From contig NC_043024.1 of assembly GCF_006345805.1 (NCBI RefSeq), positions 9,796,001-9,860,000 on the forward strand: a stretch of 64,000 bases of DNA, given 5' to 3'. Source of the DNA: Octopus sinensis (taxonomy: Eukaryota). The notes beneath the pieces were generated by a model, which saw only the letters and a list, made by a program, of their open reading frames with translations, was not told the DNA's origin and did not search any database. A program made the translations under genes and the position numbers. This document shows positions 49,978 through 63,510 of the stretch, one piece after another (position 1 is the first letter of the stretch; every line of letters starts with the position of its first letter).

Positions 49978-50035
49978 ATGTCTTTGTCAGACCCGGCGCC
50001 ATCATCAAACCCCAAGAATTACCAGAAAGCCGATG
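49978..50035 (+). CDS. Putative first coding exon of an unidentified gene (exon 49941-50035)
   Basis: ctgtccattag acceptor, acaATGt start, MSLSDPAPSSNPKNYQKAD, G|GTGAGT donor; no homology recognised. Confidence 0.4.
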
Positions 50036-50074
50036 GTGAGTCCTTTGTCTTGAAATACTTTTAACCATCATTGT

Positions 50075-50940
50075 CTGTTTGTCTTCTCTCTCTCTCTCCC
50101 TTTCTCTCTATCTCTCTCTCTCTCTATCCATCTATCTATCTCTCCCTTTCTCTCTCTCTCTCTCTCTCTCTCTATCCATCTATCTCTCTCTCCCTTTCTC
50201 TCTCTATCTATCTATCTATCTCTCCCTTTCTCTCTCTTTCTATCTATCTCTCTCTCCTCTCTCTGTCTCTTCTTTCTCTCCCTCTCTCCCTTTCTCTCTC
50301 TTTCTATCTATCTCTCTCTCTCTCCCTGTCCGCTTTTCTGTCTCTTTCATTCTCTGTCTATCTCTCTCTCTCTATATATATATATATCTATCTATCTATC
50401 TATCTCTCCCTTTCTCTCTCTCTCTCTCTCTCTCTCTATCCATCTATCTCTCTCTCCCTTTCTCTCTCTATCTATCTATCTATCTCTCCCTTTCTCTCTC
50501 TTTCTATCTATCTCTCTCTCCTCTCTCTGTCTCTTCTTTCTCTCCCTCTCTCCCTTTCTCTCTCTTTCTATCTATCTCTCTCTCTCTCCCTGTCCGCTTT
50601 TCTGTCTCTTTCATTCTCTGTCTATCTCTCTCTCTCTATATATATATATATCTATCTATCTATCTATCTCTCCCTTTCTCTCTCTTCTATCTATCTCTCG
50701 ATCCTTCTCTCTCTGTCTCTTCTTTCTCTCCCTCTCCCTTTCTCTTCTTTCTATCTATCTCTCGCTCTCCCTGTCCGCTTTTCTGTCTCTTTCATTCTCT
50801 GTCTATCTCCTCTCTCTCTCTAATATATATAGATATATTATCTATATCTATCTATCTCTCCCTTTCTCTGTCTCTCTCTCCGTCTGCCTTTCTATCTGTT
50901 TCATTCTCTGTTTGTCTTTCTCTCCTCCCCCTTTTCTCTC
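50075..50940. repeat. Complex (CT)/(CTAT) microsatellite with an internal duplication of about 270 bp
   Basis: The ctgtccgcttttctgtctctttcattctctg block recurs three times. Confidence 0.9.
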
Positions 50941-51179
50941 TTATATGTATATATACATATGATGATTTCAGTCCTTGGACAGCAGCCATGCTACAGCATC
51001 CCCTTTAGGGAGTTTTACTGATTGCTCATATTATATCGATACCCGTTTGTCGAAGTGCTATGTTACAGGACATAAATGGATACAGCCTATACAACGATAT
51101 GTATGCTTCATCAGTTCATCACAAAACCGCTCCTCCAACTCCACCATGCACAAACGTTTACACAAACACACACATACTA

Positions 51180-52085
51180 TCCCTCTATCATACACACACA
51201 CACACAACAGCACACACACATACACACACACAACAGCACACACAACCACACACACACACACTCACAAACACACACACTCACACACAACCACACACACACA
51301 CACACAGCAGCACACACACACACACACACATCACACACACACACCCACAACAGCACACACACACACCCACACACACAACAGCACACACACATACACACAC
51401 ACACACAACAGCACACACACTCACACACAACCACACACACACACACACAACCACACACACACACAACCACACACACACACACACACAGCAGCACACACAC
51501 ACACACACATCACACACACACACCCACAACAGCACACACACAAACAAAACACAACATCACACACACACACCCAAACAGCACACACACACACCCACACACA
51601 CAACAGCACACCACATACACACACACACACAACAGCACACACACTCACACACAACACAACACACACACAACCACACCACACACACAACACACACACACAC
51701 AACCACACACACACACAACCACACACACACAACACAAATCATACACACACACCACAACAGCACACACACACAAAAATCCACACGCACACACCCACAACAG
51801 CACAACACACACACACCACACAACAGCACACACACCACCCACAACAGCACACACACACACCCACACACACAACAGCACACACACACACACACAACAGCAC
51901 ACACACACGCAACAGCACACACACACAACAGCACACCCACACACACAACAGCACACACACACACAACAGCACACAACAGCACACACACAACAGCACACAC
52001 ACACACTCACACACATACACCCACACACACACAACACACACACCCACACACACACACACACACCCACACACACACACACACACCT
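51180..52085. repeat. (CA)n microsatellite with CAACAG interruptions
   Basis: Direct reading. Confidence 0.95.
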
Positions 52086-54021
52086 ACATTTCCGCACACA
52101 ACATATTCACATGCAGGACCTTACACCTGTGTGGCGGATCTCAACTTGTAATCCGAATATGACCACTTCTTTGAAAGTTTCTTGGATGTCACCATGGAAA
52201 TCCACAAACACAGGATAACTGCCAGCTTTGGGCTTGCCGGTCAGTTTCAGGATCAAGCCAGCTTTACTCAGACCACTTTTTCTTGACCCTTCCCAATTCG
52301 CGCCTGAGCAGTGACTTGAACTCAGAACACAGCAATGAACGAAATGTCCCTAAGGATTTTGCCTGGCATGAATAATTCTGCCCCTAAAATAAGAGATTAG
52401 TGCTGTGGGTCAGTGACATCCTCATCATCATCGTTTAACGTCCGCTTCCCATGCTAGCATGGGTTGGACGATTTTGACTGAGGGCCGGCGAACCAGATGG
52501 CTCCACAAGGCCACAATCTTGATCTGGCAGAGTTTCTACAGCTGGATGCCCTTCCTAACGCCAACGACTCCGAGAGTGTAGTGGTTGCTTTTTTACGTGC
52601 CACTGGCTCAGGCGCCAGTCAGGCGGTACTGGCAATGACCTCACTCGAATCTTTTTTACACGTGCCAGTGAAGCGATGTTGGTAACAATCACGCTCGAAT
52701 GGTGCCCTTTTATGTGCCACCGGCATGGGGGCCAGTCAGGCGGTCGGTACTGGCAACAACCTCGCTGGAATCTTTTTTACACGTGCCACCAGCACAGGTG
52801 CCAGTGAAGGGTCATTGGTAACGATCACGCTCGAATGATGCCCTTTTATGTGCCACGGGTACGGAAGCCAGTTGGCAGCTCTGGCAACGATCACGTCTGG
52901 ATTAGCACCCTACTAGCACGGGCACAAGTGCCAGTAAGGCGACACTGGTAACGATCATACTCGAATGGTGCTCTTTTATGTGCCACTGGCACGGAAGCCG
53001 GTTAGCCGCTCTGTCAATGATACCTAGAAATGTGATGAAATCCATATAATCTCAATATCATGCGTGAAACAAATACTCTTTTACAGTGTGACGTTTCTTT
53101 TGTAGCTCAGTATATATATATATATATATATAAAACACCTTGATCAATGTGACCGACCAGGCTATCAGATGTTGCTACACATTGCTGGTCACAATGCGCT
53201 TCGCATTGTTTTAGCCTTCAAATGACACCACCCTGCTGGCTAAGCAAGAAGGCCAACAGAAGAAAGAATGAGAAAAAGTTAAAGAGAATATTAGAAGTAT
53301 ATATATAAATTAGAAAAAACCCCACCTTTTATCAATTCAAAATGAGCATCTAGAAAATTACATATAATAGATGGTGTAATTTAATTGTTCACTTTGAATT
53401 GATAAAAGGTGGGGTTTTTTCTAATTTTTATATATATATATATTATATTGTGTGAAATTTGATTTACTTTTTCTAAATTGAATTTTTCCCTGTAAGTTAG
53501 GATTAATATTCCCACAAATAATTATTATATATATATATATATATTTGTGGTGTCCTGTACTCACGTATATATATATTTATATATGCATGTATATATACAT
53601 GTAGATGTAGGTACGTACATATATGTATGTATGTATGCATATATTTTATTTATTAAATTATTATATATATATATACATATATACTTATTATATTATGTTA
53701 AACTTTTTAATACTTTTTGATAGTTTAAAAAAAAATAATAATTAATTAAAAAATTAAAAGTTTAAAAATTATAAGAATATAAAAATTTATAAATATAAGC
53801 ATAAATTTTAAATTTTAAATTTGATATTTTATTTATTTTGTATATTATATAAATTATATTTATTTTTATGTTTTTCACTGTTTGATTTGCCTAATCATGG
53901 TTTTATCTCTAATTTAATTTATATTTAAATACATATATATATATATAGTATGTGACCTCGGCTGTATCACTAGCGATTTTTTTTCTCTGTCTTCCCTTCT
54001 CGGGATCTTTCCTTCTCCTAT

Positions 54022-54056
54022 GTTTCCGACGAAGAGCTCCGCTCGAAACGTTAAAC
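54022..54056 (+). ncRNA. Candidate minimal type I hammerhead ribozyme (core variant CCGACGA)
   Basis: GTTT CCGACGA A GAGC tcc GCTC GAAA CG TT AAAC; stems I and II pair, ACGT palindromic stem III. Confidence 0.5.
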
Positions 54057-54179
54057 CCTCCTTCTTCCCTTCTTTCCTGAGCATCCAATAATACTTTATT
54101 TGTTCCACGTCCTCGCATTGTTGTCTTTTTGTTTTCTTGTTTGGATTAACTATCAAACCAAAATCAAACCAAAATCAAA

Positions 54180-54783
54180 ATAGATGAACATCAATGGAAT
54201 TTGTATCTTTGTGGTACCAGTGCCGGTGGCACATAAGAAAACCATCCGAACGTGGCCGTAGCCAGTACCGCATCGACTGGCCTCCGTGCTGTTGGCACGT
54301 AACAAATACTATCCGATCGTGGCCGTTCGCCAGCCTCGTCTGACACCTGTGTCGGTGGCACATAAAAAACACCATCCGAGCATGGCCGTCTGCCAGCCTC
54401 GTCTGGCACCTGTGTCGGTGGCACATAAAAAAACCACCATCCAAGCGTGGCCGTCTGCCAGCCTCGTCTGGCACCTGTGTCGGTGGCACATAAAAAAAAA
54501 CACATCAAGCGTGGCCGTCTGCCAGCCTCGTCTGGCACCTGTGTCGGTGGCACATAAAAAACACCATCCAAGCGTGGCCGTCTGCCAGCCTCGTCTGGCA
54601 CCTGTGTGGTGGAACATAAAATCACCCACTACACTCTCGGAGTGGTTGGCGTAGGAAGGGCATCAGCTGTAGAAACACGGCCAGATCTGACTGACCTGGT
54701 GCAGCCTTCGGGCTCCCCAGACCCCAGTTGAACCGTCCAACCCATGCTAGCATGGAAAGCAGACGTTAAACAATGATGATGAT
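54180..54783 (+). mobile_element. VNTR-containing (GAT)n-tail retroposon, about 5 units
   Basis: Same 63-bp unit and tail as 2385-2999. Confidence 0.8.
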
Positions 54784-54808
54784 GATATATATATATATAT
54801 GTATTATG

Positions 54809-54864
<56 letters not shown>

Positions 54865-55234
54865 CACATATATATAAGAATACCTAAACATGTGTGTACA
54901 TGTGTATGTGTATAGTACAAAACACTTCACGATTTCTGTATGAGAGGTCAGTTGGTGTGGATATATTATATCATAAAAACTATTATTCAATTCGCTTAGA
55001 TTGAAGTGTTTTCTGTGTCAGTGCGTGGTGTGTATTGTCACCACGCCTTCTGTCGCCTCTTTATTGACAGGTAACTTATTAAACAAGATTCAACGCTTTC
55101 ATAGATTAACAACTATAAACTCAGAAGCATGATTTACCTGTGTCTGTCGTTAGACTGTGGCCATGCTGGGGCAACGCCTTCAAGAATTATTTAGTTGGAT
55201 GAATTGACCCAAGTATCTCTCTCTTTTTATTTAG

Positions 55235-55650
55235 TCTTTTACTCTTTTACTTGTTTCAGTCGTTTGACTGCGGCCATGCTGGAGCACCGCCTTTAGTCGA
55301 GCAAATCGACCCCAGGACTTATTCTTTGTAAGCCTAGTACTTATTCTATCGGTCTCTTTTGCTGAACCGCTAAGTTACGGGGACGCAAACACACCAGCAT
55401 CGGTTGTCAAGCGATGTTTGGGGGACAAACACAGACACAAACATATACACACACACACATACACACACATACATATATATACATATATACGACGGGCTTC
55501 TTTCACTTTCCGTCTACCAAATCCACTCACAAGGCTTTAGTCGACCTGAGGCTATAGTAGAGGACACTTGCCCAAGGTGCCACCTAGTGGAACTGAACCC
55601 GGAACCATGTGGTTGGTAAGCAAGCTACTTACCACACAGCCACTCCTACA
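55235..55650 (-). mobile_element. Dominant tRNA-SINE
   Basis: Full copy. Confidence 0.85.
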
Positions 55651-56336
55651 CCTATTTATCTGTTTCAAAAAAAATTTTTTTGTTGTTTTTTTTTAAAGGT
55701 TGGCACTTATTCTATTGGTCTCCTTTGCCGTACTGCTAAGTCGTGGGGATGTAAACTCATAAATAAAACCAACACTGGTTGTCAAGTGGTGGTGGTCAAA
55801 CACGGACACAAAGCCGTACACATCATCATCATTATCATCATGCATCTGTTTTCCATGCTGGCATGGGTTGGACAGTTTGTTGCCATGGAGCTGTCCAGAC
55901 TCCAATTGTCTGTCTTGGCATGGTTTCTATGGCTGGATGCCCTTCCTAACGCCAACCACTCCGAGAGTGTAGTGGGTGCTTTTACGCGCCATCGGCACGA
56001 GGGCACGAGGTGCACGAGGTGGTACTGGCAACAGCCACGCCCAAATGGTGCTTTTTATGTGCCACCTGCACTGGCAACGACCTCGCTCGAATGTTTCATA
56101 TGCCACCAGCACAAGTGCTAGTAAGGCGACGCAGGTAACAATCATGCTCGAATGGTGTGCTTAAACGTGCCATCGGCACGAAGGCCAGCTTGTTGCTCTG
56201 GCAACGATCTCGCTCGTATGGTACTCTTAGCGCTCCACTAGCAACGGATGCCAGTCACCGAGTTTGGTTTTGACAAGGGGAAGAAAAAGGTGGAGACTTT
56301 CAGGCAAGGAATTTTTATGTATAAATATATCGATAT

Positions 56337-56921
56337 TTATATTAATAGATCCAACTTACACAGGGCACAAATGACAGAGAAATTTAAAGGGGTAGAAGAA
56401 AGGTGTTATAAGTCTAACAGCTGTTTCTAGGGTTGGCGATCCATAGTAATGTTGGTAGATTTAGTTCATCACAGTACAGGCCATACGGATGCATTTAACA
56501 TTGGATGAGACGAGCTTCCGTCATCAAGGAAGACCCAGGAAGATGTGGGACAAAGTGGTGAGAAAGGATCTTCAGACGCTGGGCCTCGCTGAGGAAATGG
56601 CAAGGGACCGGGAGTTGTAACGGTTTGCAATAGTCGAGAAGATGTGTCGAGCTGACTAAAATCACTGCCGTCCAGACTTAGAGGCACATCCTTTGCAAGT
56701 GCCAGTGCCACGTAAGATCTTCTCTCCCTTATCGATGGAGGCTTGTCTCATCCAATGTTAATTGCATCCATACAGCTCATATTGTGATGAAATAAATCTA
56801 CCAACATTATTATATATCAGCAAGCCCCCAGAAACAGCTGTCGGAATTGTAATACCTGTCTTCCACCCCTGTAAATTTCCTTGTTGTTTGTACTCTGTGT
56901 AAGTTGGATCTGTTAATATAA
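56337..56921. mobile_element. Imperfect inverted repeat of about 185 bp enclosing an RTE-type fragment
   Basis: Arms at 56337-56521 and 56733-56921; the interior reads GRPRKMWDKVVRKDLQTLGLAEEMARDREL. Confidence 0.65.
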
Positions 56922-57039
56922 TATCTCTATATTTACACTTAGATATTCATTAACTGAGTCTCCACCTTTCACTTTCTCTCGTTTTGCATGTATATACATA
57001 TATACATATTTTGTATTTCATCCTATGACTGGCACCCGG

Positions 57040-57627
57040 CAGTTGCCAGAACCGCTGGACTGACTCCTGTGCAGGTGGCAAGTGGAGAAACACCATTTCG
57101 ACCCTGTGATTGAGGAGATCCATTGAGTCAAGTACACCAACATCAAAATCAATGGAAACTGCAGTTGTGATCCCTGAGACGGTGGCACGTAAAAAAGCAC
57201 CATCTGAACGTGGCCAATGCCAGCGCCGCCTTGACTGGTTTCCGTGCCGGTGGCACGTAAAAAGCACCAATCCGATCGTGGCCATTGCCAGCCTCGCCTG
57301 GCACCTGTGCCGGTGGCATGTAAAATGCACCATCTGAACGTGGCCAATGCCAGCGCCGCCTAGACTGGCTTCCGTGCCAGTGGCACATAAAATGCACCAA
57401 TCCGATCGTGGCTGTTGCCAGCCTCGCCTGGCACCTGTGCCGGTGGCACGTAAAAGGCACCCACTACACTCATGGAGTGGTTGGCATTAGGAAGGGCATC
57501 CAGCTGTAGAAACACTGCCAGATCAGACTGGAGCCTGGTGCAGCCTTCTGGCTTCCCAGATCCCCGGTCGAACCATCCAACCCATGCTAACATGGAAAGC
57601 GGATGTTAAACGATGATGATGATGGTG
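57040..57627 (+). mobile_element. VNTR-family retroposon, alternating-unit subfamily
   Basis: Alternating gcaccatctgaacgtggccaatgcc / gcaccaatccgatcgtggc units and a (GAT)n tail. Confidence 0.75.
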
Positions 57628-58182
57628 ATACCCAAAATATATTTTATATATTTGATATGTCTAATTTGTTTTATCTGCATAATCGTATCTATTTCATGTA
57701 GGTTTTTAACAGCCATAAAGATTACACACACACACACACACACGAACTCACGTTGACACAATCATTTTCACATTCTAAAACACACCCATAAATACACACA
57801 CAAACACACACACAGACACACACACACATACACACAAACACACACACACACACAAACACACACAACACAACACAATAAATAAGGCCTGCTTGTCTCCACA
57901 TTCTTGGGCCTCATTCCTTTCATTTCACCAGTTTCGTGGAATGTCTTCTGTTTAGTTCAGGAGACGAAATCTACTTCACAAAAGGCACAGAGACCTTCTG
58001 TTCTGTGTGGATGGTCAGCTTGACTTGTTTGTTGTATTCCAACCATTTGAAATGATCAATATTTGTTGACATAGTAACCTAGATATATATTATTATACAC
58101 TCTATAATACTAACTTTTTTTTTATTATTATATCTTCATACACAGCTAGTGTATCACCTTTCTCCCTCTCTCTGTCACACAC

Positions 58183-58218
<36 letters not shown>

Positions 58219-59429
58219 ATATATATATATATATATATATGTACGTACGTATGTATGCATGTATTATATATATATACACACACACACACTCTCTCTCCTC
58301 TCTACATATATACACATATTTATACATATATATCTACAAATATAAATATATATATATATATGTACATATGTATTATATGTGCACACTCTCTGTCTCTCTC
58401 TCTCACTCTGTTTCTCTCTCTCTATAATATATATACATATATGAATGTATATATATATATATATATTATATATATATATTATATACATACATATATAGAT
58501 GCTATATATGCATGTATCATACACATACAGACACACACATGCACACACCAAGTCGTTCACAAGTGCTACTGTGTTAACATGTTAATCCAGTACAACCTGT
58601 CGCTAGATCTGGTTGTCAGCAATCCAACTGGTTGCTCTACCGGATCAGCCTGTTCAGTGGGGTTTTTACAAGAAACCTAACTGAACAAAAACCAGAACAT
58701 CCAATAGAAGAACAGACAGAACCCTCAGCAGGATCAATAAGCATTTCGTCACAGAATGAGGATGTAGAAATTCCACATCAGTGTTTGGCATTTGCCTGAA
58801 GGACCTGAAGGAGTACAGCTGACCCCTAATTCTAGTAACCCTTTGACTGCCTGTACGTATTTGCACACTGATTGTCAGTAAAGGATTACTGTTCAGACAA
58901 ATGCTCTGGTTTTTGAAAATGTGTGTCCTTGACATACAGCAAAAATTGTTAAGTTGAGTATTTTCATTATATATATACAGATGGTTTTCATTATTTCCTG
59001 TCTTCCATGAAGACCAAATTTAGTCATGTGGAACTATTAAAAGAGTAAAGACCCCCTTCGGTCATGAATGACCGTGGGATTGCACCCAGAAAGTTAGCCT
59101 ATCGGGCACAAGTCCAGGCAAGGTTGTTTATGGAAGACCGGCAGTCACCCATTTCTACCAGCCGCCCCTCGCCATGCCACTGATGTTATCCAAGGGAAAG
59201 GCAAAGGGGCCAATACAGCTTGGCACCTGTGACGTCGCAACTCATTTCTACAGCCGAGTGAACTGGAGCAATGTGAAATAAAGTGTCTTGCTCAAGAACA
59301 TAACACATAGCCTGGTCTGGGAATTGAACTCACAACCTCATGATTGCAAGCCTGACTTTCTAACCACAGTGTTGGCAACTGGAAGGGCACCCAGCTGTAG
59401 AAAATCATCCTCTATGAATTCCTTCTAAC

Positions 59430-59920
59430 CGTAGGCTAAAAGTTGGGATGGACACATATTTAGCCATAGCTCTGTTTGGTCAGCACTGACCATGGGTGAA
59501 ACAACAAGGATTGACCATGGGCTAAAAGTTGAGTTGGACACATCTTTAGCCATAGCTCTGTTTGTTCAGTACTGACCATGGGTGAAACAACAAGGACTGA
59601 CCATGGGCTAAAAGTCGGGATGGACACATCTTTGGCTATAGCTCTGCCTGGTCAACACTGACCATGGGCTAAAAGTTGGAATGGACACATCTGTTTGGTC
59701 AGCACTGACCAATGGCTAACTAAGAAGGACTGGCCATGGGCTAAATGTTGGGATGGACACATCCTTGACCCTACCTCTGTTAGGTCAGCACTGACAAAGG
59801 GCAAAACAACAAGGGGTGGTACATTTGATAATGTAGTCCTAGAGCAATTATATCTGATTAAAAGCTGGGATGGACACAGCTTTGATCATAGCTCTGTCTG
59901 GTCAGCACTGGCTAAAGATT
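59430..59920. repeat. Degenerate tandem repeat of 55-80 bp
   Basis: gggctaaaagttgggatggacacatct...ggtcagcactgaccat recurs about 6 times. Confidence 0.8.
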
Positions 59921-60096
59921 AAACAACCACAACAGTAGCAACAACAACATCTGTCAGAGCAGTTTGAATACACAATGAGTCACTGACCCAACCCATGTGT
60001 TTGTAGTTTGAATATTGATGTTGAGTCATTCAGTAAAATGGCAGCAGAAACAGCATTAAATAATATTTGAGTTACAGAGATCATAGCATTGTTTAG

Positions 60097-60317
60097 CCCT
60101 TTTGATACCAACCCACCTGAAACCACCCCTGGCTCTGTAGTAGAAATGTCTTGTTTTCATAAGTTCTGAATTAAAATCTTCCACCAAACCTTAGTCACAA
60201 TTTATGTTCCTAACACTAGCTTAATGATAACTAAGTTATTTTACTAAATTCTTTGTTATATTTAAAATAATTGAAAGAAACACAGAGCATCTCAGCAGAA
60301 ATATGGTAACAAAAGGG
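60097..60317 (+). mobile_element. piggyBac-type MITE
   Basis: CCCTTT...AAAGGG; degenerate TTAA flanks. Confidence 0.8.
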
Positions 60318-60755
60318 TTACTATAAGGGTTTTTACAACTGTCCCAAGCAAGAATGTTTTCTGTAAGACACACTGCAGTCAAAAGTCTTTTACAGGTTCA
60401 AGTATCTATCAAACATACTTGAATAACTTTAAATTTATATATAGCTATAGACATGCACACACAGAATTAGTGGGTGGTAAGACGTCAGCAGCATGGTACT
60501 GGATGAGATGAGAATTTAAACTGTCATGCAAGTGAGGTCCTTTGTTTTCAACATTCCAAGACATGCATGCCACATGAGAAAATATTGGGGACAGGAAAGG
60601 CATCCAGCCTTAGAAGAAAATCTGTTGCAACAAATTCTGTCTGACCCATGCAAGCATCGAAAAGTGGACATTATAATGATGTTGATGATGATGATAATAA
60701 TATATATATGTATACGCACACACACACATATATATATGTATACGTATATACACAC

Positions 60756-60912
<157 letters not shown>

Positions 60913-61480
60913 GAATTAGGTACTTAAGTTGAAGTACTAAGTCAGTCCGGTATTATCCGCACAGCTGGAAGTAAGGTGAATAAAATTAAAATATTTATGA
61001 CCATACTTAGCCATGAGCTGTCAACTCACTCTTGACCTTTATCTAAAATAGACAGTATCCTAGTCTCAGATTTAGTCATTGATAAAGAGATAAATTAATT
61101 AGAAAGGAATTACAACCCTATGACACCACTATGCTGTATGCAATTCTTAGAAGTTGTAGTCTATTCCTAGCTACAATAGTGACAACGTGAATTTCTTCCA
61201 TCTTCTTACTCTGGTAAAATATTTGAGAAAAATGACATTAATGTGTCCCACTTGTTAAAATTCCATTTATTTATTTGTGCAGCTGAAGATGGCACTGAAT
61301 TTAAATTGACATAATGATTGCATTGTTCAATTAAATGGAGCTGCTTGAAACAGTTGTACTGCATTACTATTTGATATCCTGTTACATATTTTGATTTTAT
61401 ATATGTATGCATGTACGTACGTATACACACACACACATATATACATCACACACTCACACATATGTATATATACATATATA

Positions 61481-61701
61481 CAGTAATCCGCTACCATATC
61501 GCAGTTCACCTATCACGGTTCATTATTTAAGCTTACGTCGATTCCTTTGTGGTGTTGTTTTGCATTTATAATAAAATTAAATATATACAAATTATAAAAA
61601 TAATTTTAAAAAATATACCATACAGTACTGTTTCTACTGCATGGATTTTCACCTGTCGGGGGGTTTGGAACATAACACCCGCGATAGTGAAGGGATTACT
61701 G
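61481..61701. mobile_element. Tigger/pogo-type MITE
   Basis: TA|CAGTAATCC ... GGATTACTG|TA. Confidence 0.75.
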
Positions 61702-61769
61702 TAAACACACAGATATATACACATGCATGTACACACACACACACACATTATTTATTTATTTTTATTTAT

Positions 61770-62060
61770 GCGCCCTTTTCAAACCTAGCCAGGCTCATGG
61801 GCCTGGTTTCCCGGTTTCTGTGGCGTATGTGTTCCCCGCAGCCGGATGGGATGCCAGTCCATCACAGCATTACTCAAGAAACAGGAAGAAAGAGTGAGAG
61901 AAAGTTGGGGTGAAAGAGTACAACAGGGGTCACCACATCCCCCTGCGGGAGCCTCAGGTGTTTTTGCTCAATAAATATACACAACGCCCGGTCTGGGAAT
62001 CGAAACCACGATCCTACGACTGCGAGTCCGCTGCCCTAACCACTGGGCCATTGCACCTCT
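61770..62060 (-). mobile_element. tRNA-SINE, tail type d
   Basis: Same head; tail gatggactggcatcccatcc...gagcctggctaggtttgaaaagggcgc followed by (AAATA)n. Confidence 0.7.
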
Positions 62061-62985
62061 ACACACACATATACATATGTATATATGCACACACACACAC
62101 ACACACATTTACACACCCACATACACACACCTCTAGATTACGACACTTTCTGCCAACCAAATCCCTATCTCAGATCACGTCTGTGGTTAAATAATCCAGA
62201 AGGCTGTTTCCCAATAACAAGGACCTGGTAACGAGGTGGATCTGGGTTCCATTCCAAGTCAATTCCCCAACTGCGTAATACTTTGAAAACAAGTATCTGC
62301 TACTTGAGCCACTAATCCTGTCACCAGATCCTCGTTATTACAAATCAACCTTCTTAATTACTCACACAGCCATGACTGGACAGTTTGGTTTTTTTCTTTT
62401 TTTTTCCTCTTTTTTTTATGTCAGAGGAAGTAGAAAAGATCAGCTGTTTTCTTTTTTTTTTCTGTTTTTGCATGGTTCATAATCTCTCTCCCTCCCTCTC
62501 TCAAGCCTACCACAAACACAGACATTCGTATCCACAGAAACTTAAGTATGGATTTCAGTTACTGTTTCCTGCTTTTGTTCATTTATAATCATCATCATCA
62601 TCATCGTTTAACGTCCGCTTTCCATGCTAGCATGGGTTGGACAGTTCAACTGGGGTCTGTGAAGCCAGAAGGCTGCACCAGGCCCAGTCTGATCTGGCAA
62701 TGTTTCTACGGCTGGATGCCCTTCCTAACGCCAACCACTCCGCGAGTGTAGTGGGTGCTTTTTACGTGCCACCCGCACAGGTGCCAGACGGAGCTGGCAA
62801 ACAGCCACGAACGGATGGTGCTTTTACGTGCCACCGGCACGGAGGTCAGTCGGGGCAGTGCTGGCAACAGCCACGAACGGATGGTGCTTTTTACGTGCCA
62901 CCGACACGGGAGCCAGGCGAGGCTGGCAACGGCCACAAACGGATGGTGCTTTTTACGTAATAATAATAATAATAATAATAATAAT

Positions 62986-63510
62986 TAATTCTTTTATTGG
63001 CCACAAGGGCTGACAAAACACAGGACGAAAGATTACAAAAGGTTTTGTCCGTTTGCAAAACCCGTGTAAAAAACAGTATAACAACGAAAATATTTAACAA
63101 TGAAAAACTCCCAATAGGGGGAGGCGCTTCGAAAGGTTACTCGTGGGAAAACCCATAAAAGCCATGGGAGCCTGGTCAAAAGGGGGGTAGAGAGCCCCTT
63201 TCTCCTTTTGTAATACCTTTTTAAATCACAGGTGTAACCTCAGAATGGTTCCTTTCATACTGGCCATTCTTGCACAATTCACCCACCTTTCAGTAAACTT
63301 GCTATCAGACATCACTTCCCTCTCTACTCTCACCTTCCTTTTCAAGTGAAACTTGAAAAAGTTGATGAGGCCTGGGCCAAAGAGGGAAGTGTCTGACCTT
63401 AGCCCTTTCAAACGGGTCCATCATACCATCTCTTTCGCTACAGCCACTAGGCAAAGGAAAACTATCTTGCCCTCCCAGTTAAAGGAGGTCGGCGGGGCAA
63501 TCTTCACCAT
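62986..63510 (-). mobile_element. 5'-truncated Tx1/L1-like LINE 3' end
   Basis: VFLCLVAVAKEMV*WTRLKGL...FFKFHLKRKVRVERE...RWV, an L1/Tx1-type ORF2 C-terminus with one stop; AATAAA just before an (ATT)n tail; (AAT)n on both flanks. Confidence 0.65.

Noticed and set aside
50975-52218. Longest ORFs in the track (His/Thr-rich, Cys/Val-rich)
   Set aside because: Translations of (CA)n microsatellite; the same applies to the ORFs at 40136-41023, 18863-19579 and 50071-51008.
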